Sequence record: OR670491
From: Escherichia phage vB_EcoM_JNE01
Strand: one strand, 5' to 3'
DNA: 64,000 nt
How positions within the stretch are numbered: position 1 is the stretch's first letter; each line of letters opens with the position of its first letter. A program made the translations under genes and the position numbers. The notes under the pieces were generated by a model. It was not told the DNA's origin and ran no database searches. It worked only from the letters and a program-made list of their open reading frames with translations. Below are positions 60,662 through 64,000 of this stretch, one piece after another.

Positions 60662-61021
60662 ATGGCATCTTTAACTGAAATCACTGAACTTAATCCACTG
60701 GCAATTAGTACTGTTCAACGCACCAAGACGTTTTACTTCCGTCCAGCAGAAGGTTGGAAGCGTGGCGTGAATGGTGATTATCGTGAACTGGAAGATAATC
60801 TCGTGGGACGTGTTAATTCAGAACTTAATGTTTATGAAGGTGTTAAGGTTGTACGTTCACATTCTCGTTATTTTGAATACTACATTGAGTCTTCATCAGT
60901 GAATGAAAACAGTTCATTTTCTGTTGACAATACTGATACACTGCGTAATGCAGTATCTATTCTATGTAACATTGCAGAAGAGATGGGATTAACTATCGTA
61001 ACGATTGGTGAGTTAGCATGA
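60662..61021 (+). CDS. hypothetical protein
   Basis: 119-aa ORF. Confidence 0.5.
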   Translation: MASLTEITELNPLAISTVQRTKTFYFRPAEGWKRGVNGDYRELEDNLVGRVNSELNVYEGVKVVRSHSRYFEYYIESSSVNENSSFSVDNTDTLRNAVSILCNIAEEMGLTIVTIGELA

Positions 61022-61158
61022 TTAAAACTTTTATTCTTACAATGGTATTTGGTTCTTATGGTGCTGGTGTGCACCAGTAACTAAGAAATAAAAAAAGGTT
61101 GACAGTAGTCATCCCTTTCTATATAATTAATACATCTTAAGCGAACGAGGATTTACAA

Positions 61159-61575
61159 ATGAATGCAACTCTGAATGGTAAAAATATCAACGTAGCTACT
61201 ATTGCTGCAATTCTGCTAAACAATCGTGAAGTAACTATTGACTTACCACTTACAACTAAAACTGGTATTCTCATTACACGAAATGAATCACACTTCGTTG
61301 GTTACAAAAAGCAAGATGTTATTTCCGTTTGTTTTTATGAATCAGACGGCATCGACGACGAAGTAACTAGTACTGAATACTTCAATACCGACATGATTGA
61401 ATCAGCATCTAAAGCTGCACTTGAGCGTCATGCAAGTGAAGATCCAACTGAAGCATCCAACTTCAGTGTTTCATTTGAAAACACTTTCATCAAAATTGAT
61501 GAAAATGTTATTGATTTTGAAATGGCTGATATCAGTCCGATGGATCTCAATGGCCTTCCAACTGTTAAAGGATAA
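61159..61575 (+). CDS. hypothetical protein
   Basis: 138-aa ORF. Confidence 0.5.
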   Translation: MNATLNGKNINVATIAAILLNNREVTIDLPLTTKTGILITRNESHFVGYKKQDVISVCFYESDGIDDEVTSTEYFNTDMIESASKAALERHASEDPTEASNFSVSFENTFIKIDENVIDFEMADISPMDLNGLPTVKG

Positions 61576-61580
61576 TACAA

Positions 61581-62000
61581 ATGAAATGTCCAATCTGTGA
61601 AAAACAATTGAATGTTGGATCAATTCCTTTCCTTTGGATGGATCGCTACGGTGATAAATGCGTTGCCAGGACTGAATGCTGTGGTCATGCAGTAACAATG
61701 CGTAAGGTTTCAACCTATACAGCAGACCCGTATGTTGGTGAGCGAAGCGAAGATGATTGGGGTACAGAGTTTACTCCTTTGAAGTCTAAAATCCAAGCAC
61801 AAGTAAACGATGAACTTTATGATTCAGTACTGATGCACTTGAAGAACAACGAACTGAGAGAAGCACTTGATGTTATTCGTTCTATTAAGAACCCTTTAAC
61901 AGCAGCTTGGGTGACTCATCAAGTACTGGAATATTTGGATACACCTAGCCAAAAACAAACGCGTAACTGGCTCATTAACGCATTGTATAGTGGAGTATAA
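61581..62000 (+). CDS. hypothetical protein with CxxC...CC motif
   Basis: 139 aa; N-terminal CPICEK...TECCGH. Confidence 0.5.
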   Translation: MKCPICEKQLNVGSIPFLWMDRYGDKCVARTECCGHAVTMRKVSTYTADPYVGERSEDDWGTEFTPLKSKIQAQVNDELYDSVLMHLKNNELREALDVIRSIKNPLTAAWVTHQVLEYLDTPSQKQTRNWLINALYSGV

Positions 62001-62145
62001 GAGTAGTTGTAATCGAAGCTGTAATTTATATGTTGAGGTAGTTCAAATGAAAGTTATGTTTGTATACAACGAATTTGAAGAATGCAAAGGTTGTGGTTTG
62101 CCGAACTATCTTTGTTCCTGTCATGGTGAGTATTTCTGAAATAAA

Positions 62146-62178
62146 GGGTTGACTTCGGTCAGCCCTTTTTGCTATAAT
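62146..62178 (+). promoter_or_regulatory. PeSL-like terminator-promoter cassette upstream of denV
   Basis: GGGTTGAC-TTCG-GTCAGCCC + TTTTT; TTGACT -35; TGCTATAAT. Confidence 0.65.
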
Positions 62179-62206
62179 ACTTTCATCAAGACGAGAGGAT
62201 GAAAAC

Positions 62207-62722
62207 ATGACACGCATTAACTTAGTACACGTTAAAGAACTTGCTGACCAACATCTGATGGCTGAATACCGTGAACTCCCACGCGTGTTTGGTGCTGTAC
62301 AAAAACATGTTCAAGCACGTAAACGTGTCCGTGATTTCAAAATTAACAGTACTTACCTGTTAGGTTCAGGTCATGTAACATTCTTCTACGACAAGTTACT
62401 TTACTTACAGAAGCGACATATTGATATTGTCAACGAATGTTTGCGTCGTGGTATGAAGATTCAAAACACTGAAGTAAACGATATCAGTGGGTTCCCTGCT
62501 GAGTTTTGTAATGATTACGTACCATCGGAGTCAGAGATTAAAACATCGCGTGAGCGTTTGATTGAGAAGCTCCAGATGAAGCCTAAGTGGTATAAATTTA
62601 CTGATGTTGAATGTCCACAGTACGTTAAAGATATGCAGAACGTAAGTAGTAAGATCGAATCTAGTACTGATATGTTCGACGAAATTGAAGAACAAATCAA
62701 AGATGAAATGAATAATTATTAA
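62207..62722 (+). CDS. denV: endonuclease V (pyrimidine-dimer DNA glycosylase/AP lyase), T4 DenV homologue
   Basis: [30 protein letters not shown]...KRVRDFKI...[10 protein letters not shown] matches T4 endonuclease V nearly residue for residue over the N-terminal 70 aa. Confidence 0.9.
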   Translation: MTRINLVHVKELADQHLMAEYRELPRVFGAVQKHVQARKRVRDFKINSTYLLGSGHVTFFYDKLLYLQKRHIDIVNECLRRGMKIQNTEVNDISGFPAEFCNDYVPSESEIKTSRERLIEKLQMKPKWYKFTDVECPQYVKDMQNVSSKIESSTDMFDEIEEQIKDEMNNY

Positions 62723-62760
62723 AGGAAAGGATTGACTTCGGTCACACAAAGGAACATAAC

Positions 62761-62955
62761 ATGTTATTACTATATTCAAAGCGTTTCTGGATTTCTTTCA
62801 TTGTACTTTCGCTAATCGGCTTCGGTGTGAGTATAATCTTTTCGTGGGATGAATTGGGTACATGGTATTATGAAGTTCCGTGGTACATGAAGATAGCTCC
62901 TTGTTACGCGGCATTGTTCGTGTCCTTCCTTATTGTTGTCTTCAGTGAGGATTAG
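62761..62955 (+). CDS. small membrane protein
   Basis: 64 aa; two hydrophobic segments. Confidence 0.45.
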   Translation: MLLLYSKRFWISFIVLSLIGFGVSIIFSWDELGTWYYEVPWYMKIAPCYAALFVSFLIVVFSED

Positions 62956-63037
62956 TTGATGTAGTGGCTGATAAATCACATGAATTACTAAGGGTACGTT
63001 GGCCTCATCTTAATGAGAAGAAATAAACATTTTAAAG

Positions 63038-63069
63038 GGTTGACTTCTGTCAGCCCTTTTTGCTATAAT
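63038..63069 (+). promoter_or_regulatory. PeSL-like terminator-promoter cassette
   Basis: GGGTTGAC-TTCT-GTCAGCCC + TTTTT; TGCTATAAT. Confidence 0.6.
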
Positions 63070-63095
63070 TATTTCATTAACTAAAGAGGTAATAC

Positions 63096-63329
63096 ATGAA
63101 ACTATCTTTTATACGTTTAGCAGAATTCTTCGGTACTGATATCATTACTTTACAACAAATTGCAGACAATACTTCATTAAGTACACAAGAAGTACTTGAC
63201 TTGGATGTAATTAAGTGCGATAATACTTCCATCGATTACAAAGAAGGTCTTGTCGAAAAAGATAAGATTCAGGCTAAGATTAATGGTGCTGGACGGGTTC
63301 AGTACTGGAAAGGAGTTTTAAGTAAATGA
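63096..63329 (+). CDS. hypothetical protein
   Basis: 77-aa ORF. Confidence 0.5.
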   Translation: MKLSFIRLAEFFGTDIITLQQIADNTSLSTQEVLDLDVIKCDNTSIDYKEGLVEKDKIQAKINGAGRVQYWKGVLSK

Positions 63330-64000
63330 AAATTTATATTGATAAATTTGGAACGACTTATGAATATTATGATTATACACATTATAATTCATATATACAA
63401 AAAAATCATAACCAAATGTCACCTTATTTGCATTATGAAGATTTAATGGAACTATTCTCTAAAAATGTAAATTCTATTAAATTTATTGGTTTTAAAGATG
63501 CAACATGGAAAAGTTCACATACGCATGTGTATTTTGAATATGATAATATGGTATATGAACATTCAATATCAAATATCAAAACAAAATTCGCTGATCATAG
63601 ACATAAACCAGGTAGAATATGTAGAACCTTGGAACAAATTATAAATGAGTCCATTTATATATTTAAAAAATATGATAAATTTAATTTTCATAGCAGTGCA
63701 TCATTTAATGGAGCACGAACTATAATCAATTATACAATTGAAGGACGTGAAAGAATATTTTCTATATCATTCAATTCATTAATAAAAGATTTTAAAGGGG
63801 GAAGCCCATGTTATTCATATGAAGAAGTAGAAAATATATCTATAAAAAAATTAAATGAACATAATTTGAGATTTATCTCAATTAGTAAATTTAATGGTGT
63901 GTTTAGTTGTATTGAATATGAACAACCAACACAGAAAGGAAAAAAATATGTTGATTTTAATATATTAATCTATAATGAATGGAAAGGTAATCTACCGAAT
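63327..64000 (+). CDS. hypothetical protein, 3'-partial (runs off window); very AT-rich gene
   Basis: ATG at 63327; open frame with no stop to window end (at least 224 codons); Asn/Tyr/Ile/Lys-rich; not in the track because it is unterminated. Confidence 0.45.

Overview
This window looks like an early, accessory ('hyperplastic') region of a large virulent dsDNA phage of a Gram-negative, probably enterobacterial, host. Evidence for that: AGGA-type ribosome-binding sites, sigma70-consensus promoters, tRNAs resembling E. coli tRNAs, and a clear homologue of T4 endonuclease V (DenV) at 62207-62722. About 130 tightly packed genes lie almost entirely on the + strand; most encode small proteins of unknown function, many with 1-4 nt stop/start overlaps (ATGA, TAATG). 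There is no virion structural module, rRNA or CRISPR array. Recognisable genes are a C5-cytosine DNA methyltransferase interrupted by an intein with a LAGLIDADG endonuclease, a DEDDh exonuclease, an HNH homing endonuclease, a sigma70-family sigma factor next to an HslV-like peptidase, and DenV. A tRNA array (22.2-29.8 kb) holds about 10 tRNA or tRNA-like genes, several of them non-canonical. The most striking signals are lineage-specific paralogue expansions: at least 22 proteins sharing an internal EE-x-F-F-Q-x-S-L-V motif, and ten ~54-aa 'MTHEEW' micro-proteins. Regulation is dense: TTGACA-17-TATAAT promoters, terminator hairpins that carry the -35 box in their stem (PeSL-like cassettes), and a recurring CAGTACTG palindrome in promoter spacers. 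Non-CDS coordinates were counted by hand and may be off by 1-2 nt; CDS coordinates are anchored to the supplied ORF track. No database search was run; all homology calls rest on motifs I recognise from memory.
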